Source: an uncultured Methanoregulaceae archaeon
Lineage (GTDB): Archaea > Halobacteriota > Methanomicrobia > Methanomicrobiales > Methanospirillaceae
Reading direction: 5' to 3'
DNA: 64,000 nt
NCBI GenBank assembly: GCA_963705255.1
Contig: OY970061.1
Coordinates: 2,208,001-2,272,000 of the forward strand
Numbering within the stretch: the stretch's first letter is position 1; each line of letters opens with the position of its first letter. Below are positions 11,533-22,326 of this stretch, piece after piece. A program made the position numbers and the translations under genes. The notes beneath the pieces are model-generated. The model did no database searches, had not been told where the DNA came from, and worked only from the letters and a program-made list of their open reading frames with translations.

Positions 11533-12141
11533 TTAACCGGTCCCGTACGGACACCAGTGTTCGATCTCATGAAGCCGGGCGTTCCCCGCAGTTGAGGGAC
11601 CTAAGCAGAGAATCCGTTTCGTTCTTGTATGGGCCTCTATGAGATCGCCGGTATCTTTGGCAATAATGCCCTCGCCATTGATGAGAATGACATCGGCTTC
11701 TGAAATTTCCGTGCTGAAAGAACTTCCCAGCTCGCGCTCGATGGAAGCCATGGTGCCGATGCAGGATACCCTTTTGCCGGAAATTTCGTTCTTAAGTTCC
11801 TGAAGACAGGGTGCATGGGAGGTTTTCGGGCAGGAATGAAGTACCCGGGAAAGACAGAAGAAACCCGCAGCAACATTGATGATCGCACCTGCGGCGCTTC
11901 TCACTGCCGGAGTTTCCAGGGGGGCACCGAACATAAATGAGATCTTTGTCAATGCCCTGACCGGGTCGTGGGTTACGAAAACTGCGCTCTTCCCCCCGAA
12001 GGAAGCAGTCATGCACGCGCCCTGTTCGAACTGGCAGGTGACAACATCCGGGTCGACATCAAGAAGGACTCCTGCATCCTCGCACCCGCTGTGCCTGAGA
12101 ATGGTCTCGAGCTTGTTGACCGATTCCCTGATTATATCCAT
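11533..12141 (-). CDS. Conserved hypothetical protein (possible DUF364-like Rossmann/metal-binding)
   Basis: 202-aa ORF coupled to upstream genes, with several Cys and a C-terminal LGPST and HWCPYG. Confidence 0.6.
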   Translation of the reverse strand: MDIIRESVNKLETILRHSGCEDAGVLLDVDPDVVTCQFEQGACMTASFGGKSAVFVTHDPVRALTKISFMFGAPLETPAVRSAAGAIINVAAGFFCLSRVLHSCPKTSHAPCLQELKNEISGKRVSCIGTMASIERELGSSFSTEISEADVILINGEGIIAKDTGDLIEAHTRTKRILCLGPSTAGNARLHEIEHWCPYGTG

Positions 12142-12754
12142 GGGTCACCTCCGTTTTTGCTGATAAGGATAACCCTCGCGGGAGAGCCGTCCAGACCGGA
12201 CAGCCGGAGGGGGAGTGCCACCATCTCATAATCTCCTTCAGGCACCCCCGAGAGGTCGAGCAGTTCGATGATGATGCACCCGTGACTGAGAAGTTCGCGA
12301 TGAACTGCCCCATCACAGACAAATGCTTCGATCGAGAAAGAATCGATGCCGACACACTGAATCCCCTGGCTCGTGATATATTTCGCTGCCTCAAGGGTGA
12401 GGGACGGGTAGTCCTCCCTGAATCCGGCCGATTCGGAAGAGGAGGTCCTGAGTAAGATGCGGGATGCCCCGGCTGTTCGTCCTTTGATAGCCGATGCCCC
12501 GATCTCCCGGCGGTCCGGGAAAGATCCAGAACACGACAGCTCCCGATGAGGTGTGAAAGGGGAATCGTATCGATCGTGTCTCCGGATTTGAGGTAGTGCA
12601 CCGGTGCATCGATGTGCGTTCCGGAATGGCTGTTCATATGCAGGTCGGAGATAAGGTACAGCCCCCGCTCTTCCTGCACGAAACGGGGTGGCGTATCGCC
12701 GGGATAGACCACGGTACTCCCGGATAAGGGGCGGGTTATATCGATTATCTTCAT
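12132..12754 (-). CDS. Cyclase family metal-dependent hydrolase (KynB-like; apparent frameshift ~12508)
   Basis: HSGTHIDAP motif in the first ORF; VGIDSFS, VHRELL, IIELL and DGSPAR in the second frame. Confidence 0.88.
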
Positions 12755-13407
12755 GAGTTCTCCGCCCAGCCGTGTTCACCGATGAGCGGGACGAAACGGA
12801 CGCCCCCATGGCCTGACTTCAGGATCTCCTTCCCGTGTCTCGTGAGCGTGACCAGTTCCTGGAGATCTCTCTCCCCGACCGGTGCTACCAGTCTCCCGCC
12901 TTCGGCAAGCTGGTCGATGAGTGGACGGGGTACTGAGGGAGTGGCTGCGGTTATGATGATCCCGTTGTAAGGAGCATTTTCCGGAAACCCGAGGGTTCCA
13001 TCCCCCACGACGATTCTGACATTGGTCAGGCCGAGTGCGGCAAGGTTTTTTCGCGCAAGCTCGGCCACGGACGGGATCCGCTCAATAGTTGTCACCTGGC
13101 GGGCAAGGGATGACAGGATCGCTGCCTGGTACCCGCTCCCGGCTCCGATCTCAAGGACACGGTCATCCGGCCCGAGGCTGAGGAGCTCGGTCATAAGCGC
13201 CACAATGTAGGGCTGCGAGATGGTCTGGCCATCCCCGATCGGGAGCGGGTTGTCGTCGTAGGCCGGCTCGTCGTAGGGAGGGGGGATGAAGAGGTGGCGG
13301 GGGATCTCCCGCATCGCCGCAAGCACCCTGGGGTCGGTTACCCCCCGTGCCCTGATCTGGCGCTCCACCATTCTGGAACGTTCTTCGGCCCGGGGATAAG
13401 TCTGCAT
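12751..13407 (-). CDS. pcm: Protein-L-isoaspartate O-methyltransferase
   Basis: GQTISQPY, VLEIGAGSGY, GDGTLG, VRFVPL. Confidence 0.95.
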   Translation of the reverse strand: MQTYPRAEERSRMVERQIRARGVTDPRVLAAMREIPRHLFIPPPYDEPAYDDNPLPIGDGQTISQPYIVALMTELLSLGPDDRVLEIGAGSGYQAAILSSLARQVTTIERIPSVAELARKNLAALGLTNVRIVVGDGTLGFPENAPYNGIIITAATPSVPRPLIDQLAEGGRLVAPVGERDLQELVTLTRHGKEILKSGHGGVRFVPLIGEHGWAENS

Positions 13408-13421
13408 AATGACTCAGTTTT

Positions 13422-14546
13422 TTAGAATCCTGCTTTCTCTGCAACATCAATGGACGCGTCGATCTGTTTCTGCAGCGCCTCGGGAAGTCCGGAGATCTTG
13501 ACATCAAGGAACCCCCGGATAATTGTCGCGGTCGCCTCATCCTCGTCAAGCCCCCGCGACATAAGATACTCTATCTCTTCTTGGGCGAGTTTGCCTACTG
13601 CCGCCTCGTGGGAGAGCTCGGTACCGACGACAGACCCCTCGATCTCCGGGATCGCGTAGATGACCCCGTCCCTGAGGATGAGGCCTTTGCACTCGAGATG
13701 TCCCCGGGTACCGGCGGTCTTCCCGTTGATGTGCCCGCGGGAGATGATGGTGCCGCCTTTTGTGATGGCGCGGGTTATCAGCTCGGCACTCGCGCCTGTC
13801 CCTTCAAGGATCGCCCGGGAACCGAGATCCATCGTTGACCCGGGAGTCGCGATGACAACACTGCTGAACCGGGCAACCCAGTTCTCTCCCTTCAGGTTCG
13901 CGGTCGGGTACATCTGGACTTTTTTCACCGGCTGCATGCAGACATAGTTGGAGAGGAATACCCCGTTCTCTTCGACAATGGAAGCACTTCTCGGGTACAC
14001 TTCAACATTCTCGCTCCAGTTATGGATCATGGTGAAGCTGATCTTTGCGTTCTTTTTCACGTAGAATTCGGAGATACCGTAATGTGCCCCGCCGTTCCCG
14101 ACGTGGGCGCCGCTCGCGCATCCTGAAATGATGTGGAGCTCCGCCCCTTCTTCGGCAATGATGATGTTGTGGACATGCTGGATCTGCTCACGCCCGAGAT
14201 AGAGGCATGCCTGTATAGGGAGGACATTGTTCGATCCTTTATGGGCGATGATGACGTAGCCCTTGGGGTCTTTCTGTGCAGCGACATATTTGGTGACCTC
14301 GTCTTTTTCTGCGGAGACGACCTTCCAGGCATACTCCTTCAGCCAGTCATATTTTTCCATCCCCCGTTTGTAGGAGAGGACTTCGATGCCTTCCTCCGCA
14401 CATTCGGCGTGTACTATGTTCTGGTCCATCTGGATGTACGTACCGCACCGGTTTTTCATCTCGAAGTCGATGCCGGCCTGGGCCATCCTCTCCTTTTCAG
14501 ATTGTGAGATTTCCGTAACGTTCACGGGTTGCGACATTCGAGACAC
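13422..14546 (-). CDS. sufB: Fe-S cluster assembly scaffold, SufB/SufD family (SmsB)
   Basis: GHLECKGL, LSHEAAVG, YLMSRGL; adjacent to sufC. Confidence 0.9.
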   Translation of the reverse strand: MSRMSQPVNVTEISQSEKERMAQAGIDFEMKNRCGTYIQMDQNIVHAECAEEGIEVLSYKRGMEKYDWLKEYAWKVVSAEKDEVTKYVAAQKDPKGYVIIAHKGSNNVLPIQACLYLGREQIQHVHNIIIAEEGAELHIISGCASGAHVGNGGAHYGISEFYVKKNAKISFTMIHNWSENVEVYPRSASIVEENGVFLSNYVCMQPVKKVQMYPTANLKGENWVARFSSVVIATPGSTMDLGSRAILEGTGASAELITRAITKGGTIISRGHINGKTAGTRGHLECKGLILRDGVIYAIPEIEGSVVGTELSHEAAVGKLAQEEIEYLMSRGLDEDEATATIIRGFLDVKISGLPEALQKQIDASIDVAEKAGF

Positions 14547-15253
14547 TCCTTGTAGCCGCGCTGTTTGATGTCCTTCATGATCTCCCGGGGGTTCCCGTGG
14601 CAGCGGATCTGCCCGTCACACATCACGTGACCCCGGTCAGTCTCGAGGTAGTCGAGGATGTAGCCTGTATGCGTGATGACCAGCCCGCTCTTCTGGCGCT
14701 TGACGATATGTTTCTCTTTTTCAAGGAGAGAGCCGATCGCGTGGCCGATAAGAGAGATATTTTCGATATCAACACCGCTTTCCGGCTCATCGAGCATGAT
14801 GAAGTCCGGGTTCTGGATCATCAGCTGGAGCACCTCGCTGCGCTTGATCTCCCCGCCGGAGAAACCCTTGTTGATGTCCCGCTCCAGGAATTTGTCCATA
14901 TGGAGTGACTTGGCCAGTTCCACCAAGTCTTCATTTTTGGTTTTGGATATGGCAGTGAGGAGTTTTCCCAGTTTCAGGCCCGATATGGTCGGAGGACGCT
15001 GGAACAGCATGCCGATACCGCGCTTCGCCCGTTCGTGGGCTTTCATCCTGGTAACATCCTCACCTTTGAAGATAATCTGCCCTTCCGTGATCGTATAGTT
15101 CGAATATCCCATGATCGTCATGAGGAGCGTCGTCTTCCCCGACCCGTTGGGGCCCATCAGAACGTGGGTCTCTCCATCACCGATGTCGAGGTTGATATCG
15201 TGCAACACTTCTTTCTCACCGACCTTTACATGCAGGTCCTCGATATGCAGCAT
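14522..15253 (-). CDS. sufC: Fe-S assembly ATPase SufC (SmsC)
   Basis: GPNGSGKT, GFSGGEIKR, LDEPESG, C-terminal CLEC cysteines typical of the minimal archaeal system. Confidence 0.92.
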   Translation of the reverse strand: MLHIEDLHVKVGEKEVLHDINLDIGDGETHVLMGPNGSGKTTLLMTIMGYSNYTITEGQIIFKGEDVTRMKAHERAKRGIGMLFQRPPTISGLKLGKLLTAISKTKNEDLVELAKSLHMDKFLERDINKGFSGGEIKRSEVLQLMIQNPDFIMLDEPESGVDIENISLIGHAIGSLLEKEKHIVKRQKSGLVITHTGYILDYLETDRGHVMCDGQIRCHGNPREIMKDIKQRGYKECLECRNP

Positions 15254-15361
15254 AAGTTAATCGTAGACACTATGTCCATCGCTGCATTAAACGCTTTTCA
15301 CGTGAACACTTTTCGTGCGGCCCTTGCTCAGGGAATTCCGACACCCTTTAACCGATCCTGC

Positions 15362-16296
15362 ATGAAAGTACAACCGGGAACCATGGTCATGAGGCCGGAG
15401 AAAGTTCGGGACAAGGCTGGCAAGGCGAGAGTCAGGAAAGGTACGAAGGATGCCAGAAAAGAGATGCCCGTGGCGGACTCTGCAGTTATCCTGCCTTTCG
15501 TGAACCGGATCATCTGCGGGGATGCCAAAAAAGTCCTTTCCCTGATACCCGACCGGAGCATCGACCTGATTATTACCTCACCCCCGTACAATTTCGGCCA
15601 TTCCTACGCCCAGGATCCCCATGACGACACGCACGAATGGAACGAATATTTTGAAAGACTTCTCTCTGTCTGGAAGGAATGCGAACGGGTCCTCAAGCCC
15701 GGGGGGAGAATTGCCGTCAACATCCAGCCGCTCTTCTCGGACTATGTCCCGACCCACCATATCATCTCCCGCCAGCTAGCGGGTCTCGGGCTGCTCTGGA
15801 AGGCGGAGTTCTTATGGGAAAAGAACAATTACAATGCAAAATTCACGGCGTGGGGGAGCTGGAGATCCCCCTCGATGCCCTACATAAAATACACCTGGGA
15901 GTTCATCGAGGTCTTTGACAAGGAGACCCATAAAAAGGGCGGGAGACGCGAGGATATCGACATCAGCGGCGACGAGTTCAAGGAATGGGTGATGGGCAGG
16001 TGGTCGTTTCCCCCCGAGATCCGGATGAAAGAATATGATCACCCCGCAATGTTTCCCGAAGAGCTCCCCGGCGGCTGATGAAACTATTCTCATACAGGAA
16101 CGACCTTGTCCTCGATCCCTTCAACGGCGTAGGGACGACCACGGCCGTTGCCTGGAAACTCCGGCGGCGGTTTATCGGTATCGACGTGTCACGACAATAT
16201 TCTGAGAGCGCTCTCAGGAGGCTCTCTGCCCTGTCAGCTGGTGAAACCGTGTCGGAAACGTACCCGGAACCGGAACTCTTCGACCTCGGGACATAG
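15362..16296 (+). CDS. Orphan beta-class amino (likely N4-C) DNA methyltransferase (apparent frameshift ~16068; start uncertain)
   Basis: TSPPY, TAWGSW, HPAMFPEEL, then LDPFNGVGTT in the next frame. Confidence 0.88.
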
Positions 16297-16324
16297 ACAG
16301 GAAAACCGGTTTTATTGCAGAACC

Positions 16325-16580
16325 TCAGGCGGGTCTCTTCGTTTTCAGATGCATTTCCGTAAACGGTAACCGGTTTGTCCGCCTTCTTCGCTCCCGGATA
16401 TGCCGAGTCATTGACCTGACCTGAGATCGTAACCGTCTCATCCTCAAAAGGGAAGGTCCGGGCCGGAACAACCGGATCCGATCCCGGAAAAACGGGATCG
16501 GAAGGGGGCGATACGCCCTTCCCCCGGGGGAAATCTCCCTCCGGACATCGGGCGAGAGAGGCTCCGGCAGCAATGAACAT
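16325..16580 (-). pseudogene. Probable gene remnant (N-terminal fragment of a secreted protein)
   Basis: Protein-like stretch FPFEDETVTISGQVNDSAYPGAKKADKPVTVYGNASENE with no clean start or end. Confidence 0.3.
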
Positions 16581-16644
16581 ACCTGCCCGTACGATATACC
16601 CGTTTTTCCCACGCACTTTTTCCCGCACGTGTTTTCCTTCCCGG

Positions 16645-17424
16645 TCAGACAATATCGTTGATGTGTTCCAGAGAGTCAATGATAGAATCAGGTCTGACCG
16701 CAGAGCCGGTAACGGCATCTTCGCGGAATTTTCCCGTCCTCACGAGGATCCCCCTCATACCGGCTTTTTGTGCCCCCCCGATATCCGTGAGAATATCGTC
16801 CCCGATCATCGCAACCTGGTCCCTATGGAGTCCCATGTCCTCCCGTGCGAGATCGAAGAATGCCTCTGATGGCTTTCCAACTACGGTCGCCGTCTTCCCC
16901 GTCGCATACTCAAGCGCGGCGACAAACGGTCCTGCCGAGAGCGAAAGCCCGTCGGGGGCCATCCAGTACCGGTCCTTTTCGAGCGCGATCAGCCCAGCTC
17001 CGTCAACTATGTCGCGGAAGACAGAGTTGAGACTCTCATACGTAATTTTATCTCCTGCATCCCCGATGATCACAAAGTCCGGCCTTGTACCAGGATCTGA
17101 GGAGCAGGCATCTTCAAAGTCCCGGTACACGTCCCCGGTCGTGAGGAGCCGGCAGCGCCGCTTTCCGGCACGTTTCATGAACGCGACGGCAGCAAGGGGT
17201 GGCGTAAAGATGGTCTCAACGGGAATTGCAAACCCCATTGATGACAACCGGTCAGCAATCGCCTCCCGGCATTTACGGGTGGTGTTCGAGACAAACCGGA
17301 TCCGGTAGTTGTTCTGCACGAGATATTCTATAGCCTCCCGGCCCCCGTCCACGGGCCGGTCGCCCACGTACAGGACACCGTCAAGGTCGATCAAAAACCC
17401 CCGGAGGTCCTTCATGCACTCCAT
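16645..17424 (-). CDS. HAD-IIA hydrolase (LHPP/TIGR01458-like)
   Basis: DLDGVL, SNTT, GKP, GDDILTDIGG, RTGKF. Confidence 0.9.
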   Translation of the reverse strand: MECMKDLRGFLIDLDGVLYVGDRPVDGGREAIEYLVQNNYRIRFVSNTTRKCREAIADRLSSMGFAIPVETIFTPPLAAVAFMKRAGKRRCRLLTTGDVYRDFEDACSSDPGTRPDFVIIGDAGDKITYESLNSVFRDIVDGAGLIALEKDRYWMAPDGLSLSAGPFVAALEYATGKTATVVGKPSEAFFDLAREDMGLHRDQVAMIGDDILTDIGGAQKAGMRGILVRTGKFREDAVTGSAVRPDSIIDSLEHINDIV

Positions 17425-18071
17425 CCCCCCGCAAACGCATCGATGAGCCGATGGCAGCGCCGGGCACTATTGGGAAGATAGCGATCGGACTCGCTGAGTA
17501 TCTTCTGTTTCTCCTGGGGGCCGAGATCGTCTGCCCAACGGGTGATGATCGGGAGCGTCACTTCCGGGTGGAACTGGACTCCTACAGCACTGCTGAGCCT
17601 GAACGCCTGGTTTTTCACCGTATCCCCGTACGAGAGGAGCGTTGCTCCCTTCGGGAGATTAAATGTCTCACGGTGCCAGTGAAAGACGGTAAACGGTGCC
17701 GGGAACCGGGGACCCGCGTCCTGCCTGCAGCCATGAACCCGGCACCAGCCCAGCTCTTTTTCCAGCGGATAGACCTTTTCCCCGAAGGCCGAGGCGATCA
17801 TCTGGGCGCCAAGGCAGATCCCGAGGACCGCCCTTTTTTGTGCCACCATCTTCCTGATCACCTGTTTTTCAGCGGTAAAAAAAGGATAATCGCCGGTATC
17901 GTTCACGCTCATCTGTCCCCCGAGAAGGATAAGCCGGGATGGCAGGATGTTCGGAATCTCACTGGTCTCATAGAGCCGTTTTGTCTCAAAAGGGAGGCCC
18001 CGTCCCTGAAGGTATATCCCGATCTCACCGGAGGACTCATGCTCCCCGTGCTGGAAGATGGTGATCATCAC
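17412..18071 (-). CDS. Type 1 glutamine amidotransferase-like protein
   Basis: GICLGAQ nucleophile elbow and QFHPE. Confidence 0.9.
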   Translation of the reverse strand: MMITIFQHGEHESSGEIGIYLQGRGLPFETKRLYETSEIPNILPSRLILLGGQMSVNDTGDYPFFTAEKQVIRKMVAQKRAVLGICLGAQMIASAFGEKVYPLEKELGWCRVHGCRQDAGPRFPAPFTVFHWHRETFNLPKGATLLSYGDTVKNQAFRLSSAVGVQFHPEVTLPIITRWADDLGPQEKQKILSESDRYLPNSARRCHRLIDAFAGGWSA

Positions 18072-18167
18072 CCAACCGGTTGACCTGAATGTACATGAGG
18101 CTTTTCTTTACTTTCACCCCCCGCGGCAGGGGTTTAAACGCCGGAGCAAGGATGTTGTAGTCAGACG

Positions 18168-19250
18168 ATGTCAGCCATACCCGCATCCCCCCGCGTAGGC
18201 GCTCTCTGGCAGCGACGCATCGAGACGCTGCGGGAATACGAGGTAGTACGTGACGGGAACATCTTCGGAACCAATTTTTCCAACAATTTTGTTCTTTCCT
18301 CCGAATACGAGCAGGCCCGTGATATCCTCGACACCCTCCTCGCACACTACCAGGATGTGCCGTTCGAAAGGGTCTTCTCTGGCAGGGAAATCTCGAACTG
18401 CGGCGGCACCTGCTTCTCGCTGGAGAGCCGCCAGTCTCTTGCGTACCCAGCATTCGATCTCGACCGGTTCCGGGAAGAACTGCTCGGGGATCTCACCCTT
18501 GTCCGCGGCATCGGGCAGGTGACCCGGAAGCGGCTGAACGCCCGGGGGTTCCGGGCACTGACCGACCTTGCCGGTCACCCGAAGTTCCGGTCTGAAGCCC
18601 GGAAGGTCATCAGCCGCCTGTCTTCCGGAGACTCTTCGGACATCATGGACCTGATCTCCAGCCGGCATCCGAAATCCCATCCGCTCGTTTTGGGGGCTGC
18701 AGGTCTTCACGAGCCGGAAGACCTCGTCTTTCTCGACATCGAGACGCTGGGTCTTTTTTCCCGCCCGATCATCCTCTTTGGTGTCGGGCAATTTGAGCAT
18801 GGCCAGTTCATCGTCAACCAGTACCTGCTGCGGGACATCCACGAAGAACAGGCTGCACTTATTGCGACCCTGGAACATCTCTCCGGTGACAGGCCGGCCC
18901 TGGTTACCTTTAACGGGAAGTCGTTTGATCTTCCCTATATCTCTGATCGGCTGGCGTACTATGGCATGGACACCCCTGCCCGCATCCCCCATTTCGATGT
19001 TCTCCATTTCAGCCGCAGGAGATGGAAGGACCAGTTCCCTTCACTGCGCCTTTCCGCCCTCGAGCGGGAGGTCTTCGGGATCTCGCGGGACGATGACGTG
19101 CCCGGCCAGATGGTACCGGAATTCTACGAGAGATACCTGAAGACCGGGAACTGCGGGCCGCTGGTCCCTGTCATCGAACACAACCGGGAGGATGTCGTTT
19201 CTCTTGCCCTGCTCTTCTTCCACCTCCTGGGAGGGTCCTATGGCTGTTGA
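18168..19250 (+). CDS. RNase H-like/DnaQ-fold exonuclease with HhH (YprB/MrfB-like)
   Basis: FLDIETLG, TFNGKSFDLP, HFDVLH, EHNREDV; VRGIG HhH-like motif; overlaps the helicase start. Confidence 0.85.
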   Translation: MSAIPASPRVGALWQRRIETLREYEVVRDGNIFGTNFSNNFVLSSEYEQARDILDTLLAHYQDVPFERVFSGREISNCGGTCFSLESRQSLAYPAFDLDRFREELLGDLTLVRGIGQVTRKRLNARGFRALTDLAGHPKFRSEARKVISRLSSGDSSDIMDLISSRHPKSHPLVLGAAGLHEPEDLVFLDIETLGLFSRPIILFGVGQFEHGQFIVNQYLLRDIHEEQAALIATLEHLSGDRPALVTFNGKSFDLPYISDRLAYYGMDTPARIPHFDVLHFSRRRWKDQFPSLRLSALEREVFGISRDDDVPGQMVPEFYERYLKTGNCGPLVPVIEHNREDVVSLALLFFHLLGGSYGC

Positions 19251-21550
19251 CGATCTCCTCCGGCTGCTGGCCACAAACCCGCTCTATCGCAACCGGGTCG
19301 TCCATATCGAGACAAACGGTCCGGTACCTCCCCGGTACGGGAATCCTGCGACCCCCCTTTCTGCCACTCTTGAATCGTACATCCGCCAGCGGGGAATACG
19401 GCTTTACTCTCACCAGTGCGATGCAATCAACCGTATCAGGGCCGGAAAAAACGTGGTCATCACAACGCCTACCGCGAGCGGGAAGACCCTTGCATTTAAT
19501 ATTCCGGTTTTTGAACGGCTCGAGGCAGATTCCGCTGCACGGGCGCTGTACCTCTACCCGACCAAGGCCCTCTCCAACGACCAGCTCGGGACCGTGGAAG
19601 AGATGGCACAGTTCACGGGCATTCCGGCGAGGGCCGCGATCTATGACGGGGACACCCCGCAATCGAAACGTGCAGCGATCCGTGAGAACTCCCGGATCAT
19701 CATCTCCAACCCGCACGAGCTCCACCAGGTGCTCTCCTGGCATGCGAAGTGGCGGCCGCTGTTTTCCGGCCTGGAATTCGTCGTGATCGATGAGGCGCAC
19801 CGGTACCGGGGAGTTTTCGGGTCCCATATTGCGCTCCTGATCCGCAGGCTGTTGCGCCTCTGCAGTCATTACGGTTCCCATCCGCAGTTTATCCTCTCGA
19901 CTGCGACCCTTGCCAATCCCGTGGAGTTTGCCGCACGGCTCACCGGGCAGTCATGCGATCTGGTCGGCGGGGACGGCTCCCCGCGCGGCAGGAACCATTT
20001 TGTCCTGTACAACCCGTTCTACGATGGAATCGGTGAGCGCTCCACCCACCAGGAGACAAAAGACCTCCTCGTGTCCTGCGTAAAAGAGAAGCTCCAGACC
20101 CTCTGTTTCACCGGCTCCCGGAAGATGGCGGAACTGGTCACCATCTGGGCTAGGGAAGATGCCCGCAGGACGTCCGCCCGTCTCGCCGAATCGATCTCTG
20201 CCTACCGGGCCGGGTACCTCCCGGAAGAGCGGAGGGCGATTGAACGGCAACTGAAAGACGGAGGGCTCAGAGGTGTTGTCTCCACCAATGCCCTCGAACT
20301 CGGGATCGACATCGGGTCCCTGGACGCGGTGATCATATCCGGTTTTCCGGGGACTATGATGTCGGCCCGGCAGCAGGCCGGCCGTGCAGGACGAAAAGGA
20401 GGGGAGTCCCTCGCATTCCTGGTAGCGCAGGCAAACCCGCTCGACCAGTACTTCATGAACCACCCGTACCAGTTCTTCAGCAGGTCCCACGAGCATGCTA
20501 TCGTGGACACAGAGAACCTGTATATTGTCTCCGGGCACCTGCTCTGTGCTGCTGCAGAGATGCCTCTCCGGGAAGAGACCGACCGGGAGTTTTTCGGGAA
20601 ATTGTTCTCTTTTCTCGTACAGGAACTCGAATCCAGCGATCTGGTGAGGAGGACTTCCCGCGGCTGGGTATATTCCGGGCGGGGGAGGGCGGCGGATGCC
20701 GTACAGCTCGGGGGCATCCCCGGCGAGACGTTCAGGATCCTCTGTCACGGGCGGTCTGCTTGAGACGATGGATCGCGGGCAAGCCTACCGCGAGGCGCAT
20801 AAAGGCGCGATCATGCTTCACCAAGGCGAGACTTACATCGTCAACGAGATGGACCTGGAGACGCACACCGTGAGGGTCACGGAGACCGACGTGGACTATT
20901 ATACGCAGCCCCTCAAGGAAGTTGATCTTTCCGTCCTCGGGATCCTGGAAACCCGGACGATCCATGGCGTGAACTGCTCATTCGGGGATGTTGAGGTGAC
21001 CGAGCAGTTCACCGGTTACAAGATCAAGCGGGGGGATACCATCATCGGCCTGGAACCCCTCTCGCTGCCGCCGCTCACCTTCAGGACAAAAGCATTCTGG
21101 TTTGTCCCACCGGACTCTGCCGGGCAGAAGGTCATCAGGTCAGGTCTCGATCTCGCCGGGGGACTCCATGGCGCTGAACATGCGATCATCGCGCTGATGC
21201 CGCTCCATGTCATGTGCGACCGCTGGGATATCGGCGGGCTGTCGTCACCAGCGTTTGGCGAGAGCGGCGAACCTGCCATTTTTGTCTATGATGCCTACGA
21301 AGGAGGTATCGGGCTTGCTGAAAAAGCCTACGAGATCCTTCCCGAACTGTTTTCGAGCTCCCGGGAACTGGTGCGGGACTGCCGCTGCGATGACGGCTGC
21401 CCGTCCTGCATCTACTCTCCGAAATGCGGGAACGACAACCAGCCGCTCGACAAGAAGGCGACCGTGCTCATCTTTGAAGAACTGTGCCGCGAGCCGGAAC
21501 CAAAGGAGCCCGCCGGGTGTTTCATCAGACCCGAAACAGTTGTCCCGTGA
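19240..21550 (+). CDS. DEAH-box helicase with C-terminal Zn (DUF1998/MZB) domain, YprA/MrfA/Hrq1-like (apparent frameshift ~20752)
   Basis: TASGKT, PTKAL, DEAH, TAT, LELGIDIG, QQAGRAGR; C-terminal YDAYEGGIG and CRCDDGCPSC. Confidence 0.92.
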
Positions 21551-21561
21551 ACGCTGACCGC

Positions 21562-21813
21562 TCAGTCGACGAGGACTTCCCGGGGTTCCGGTTCCGGTGA
21601 ACCATCATCAAAGATGAACAGGTCATCGATCCTTGCATGAAGCGCAATGGCGATTTCGTGGGCGAGCCTGAGCGAGGGGTTGTACTTTCCCTGTTCCAGG
21701 AAGACGATCGTCTCCCGGCGCACGCCGACTTTTTTTGCGAGATCGTCCTGTGTCAGCGAGTGCCGGGTGCGATATTCTTTTATTCTGGTCTGCACGGTAT
21801 TACTCCGGAACAC
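21562..21813 (-). CDS. XRE-family HTH transcriptional regulator
   Basis: [32 protein letters not shown]. Confidence 0.9.
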   Translation of the reverse strand: MFRSNTVQTRIKEYRTRHSLTQDDLAKKVGVRRETIVFLEQGKYNPSLRLAHEIAIALHARIDDLFIFDDGSPEPEPREVLVD

Positions 21814-21822
21814 CAGAGGTCA

Positions 21823-22212
21823 TCAGTCAATATCCCCTTTCCGCAAGAGAAACATCGGATAGATCACTGCGGAGAGTCCAAGAACAAGGAGCGAGAGTGC
21901 GAGTGCATTCTGTGCGCTGAACCTGAACACGTTGAGGTAATCCAGCCAGATGAGACCGAACATGAAGAAGAGGCCAGTCAGCCAAGCATAGGATAATCCG
22001 TACGCAGCGATCTTCTTTGACCGCTCATCAGATTCCGGATCATCACCATCTCTCCGGTGACGGATAATTCCCGTGATCAGGAATGCAAAACCTGGAAAGA
22101 ACAAAATAACGCCAACGACGGCCCCGTTCCCCGTCAGCAGGATCGATACAATGCCGCTGATCAGCATCAACGCTCCGATTATTATTCGAAAGAGGTTTCT
22201 TGATCTCACCAT
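21823..22212 (-). CDS. DUF2178-like four-TM membrane protein
   Basis: Hydrophobic helices with SDERSKKI motif; paired with the XRE gene. Confidence 0.7.
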   Translation of the reverse strand: MVRSRNLFRIIIGALMLISGIVSILLTGNGAVVGVILFFPGFAFLITGIIRHRRDGDDPESDERSKKIAAYGLSYAWLTGLFFMFGLIWLDYLNVFRFSAQNALALSLLVLGLSAVIYPMFLLRKGDID

Positions 22213-22225
22213 TATCACACCCGTA

Positions 22226-22276
22226 TGTTATCTATTTCTAACATTCATTGGATATTAATGTTATCTATATCTAACA
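22226..22276. promoter_or_regulatory. Tandem 18-bp operator (TGTTA-N8-TAACA x2) upstream of the DUF2178/XRE operon
   Basis: TGTTATCTATTTCTAACA (22226-22243) and TGTTATCTATATCTAACA (22259-22276), 17/18 identical, each an interrupted palindrome. Confidence 0.75.
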
Positions 22277-22326
22277 CACAGGGAGAAAAAGACCGGCTCC
22301 GATAAAGAACTCAATAAAAAGAGAAA

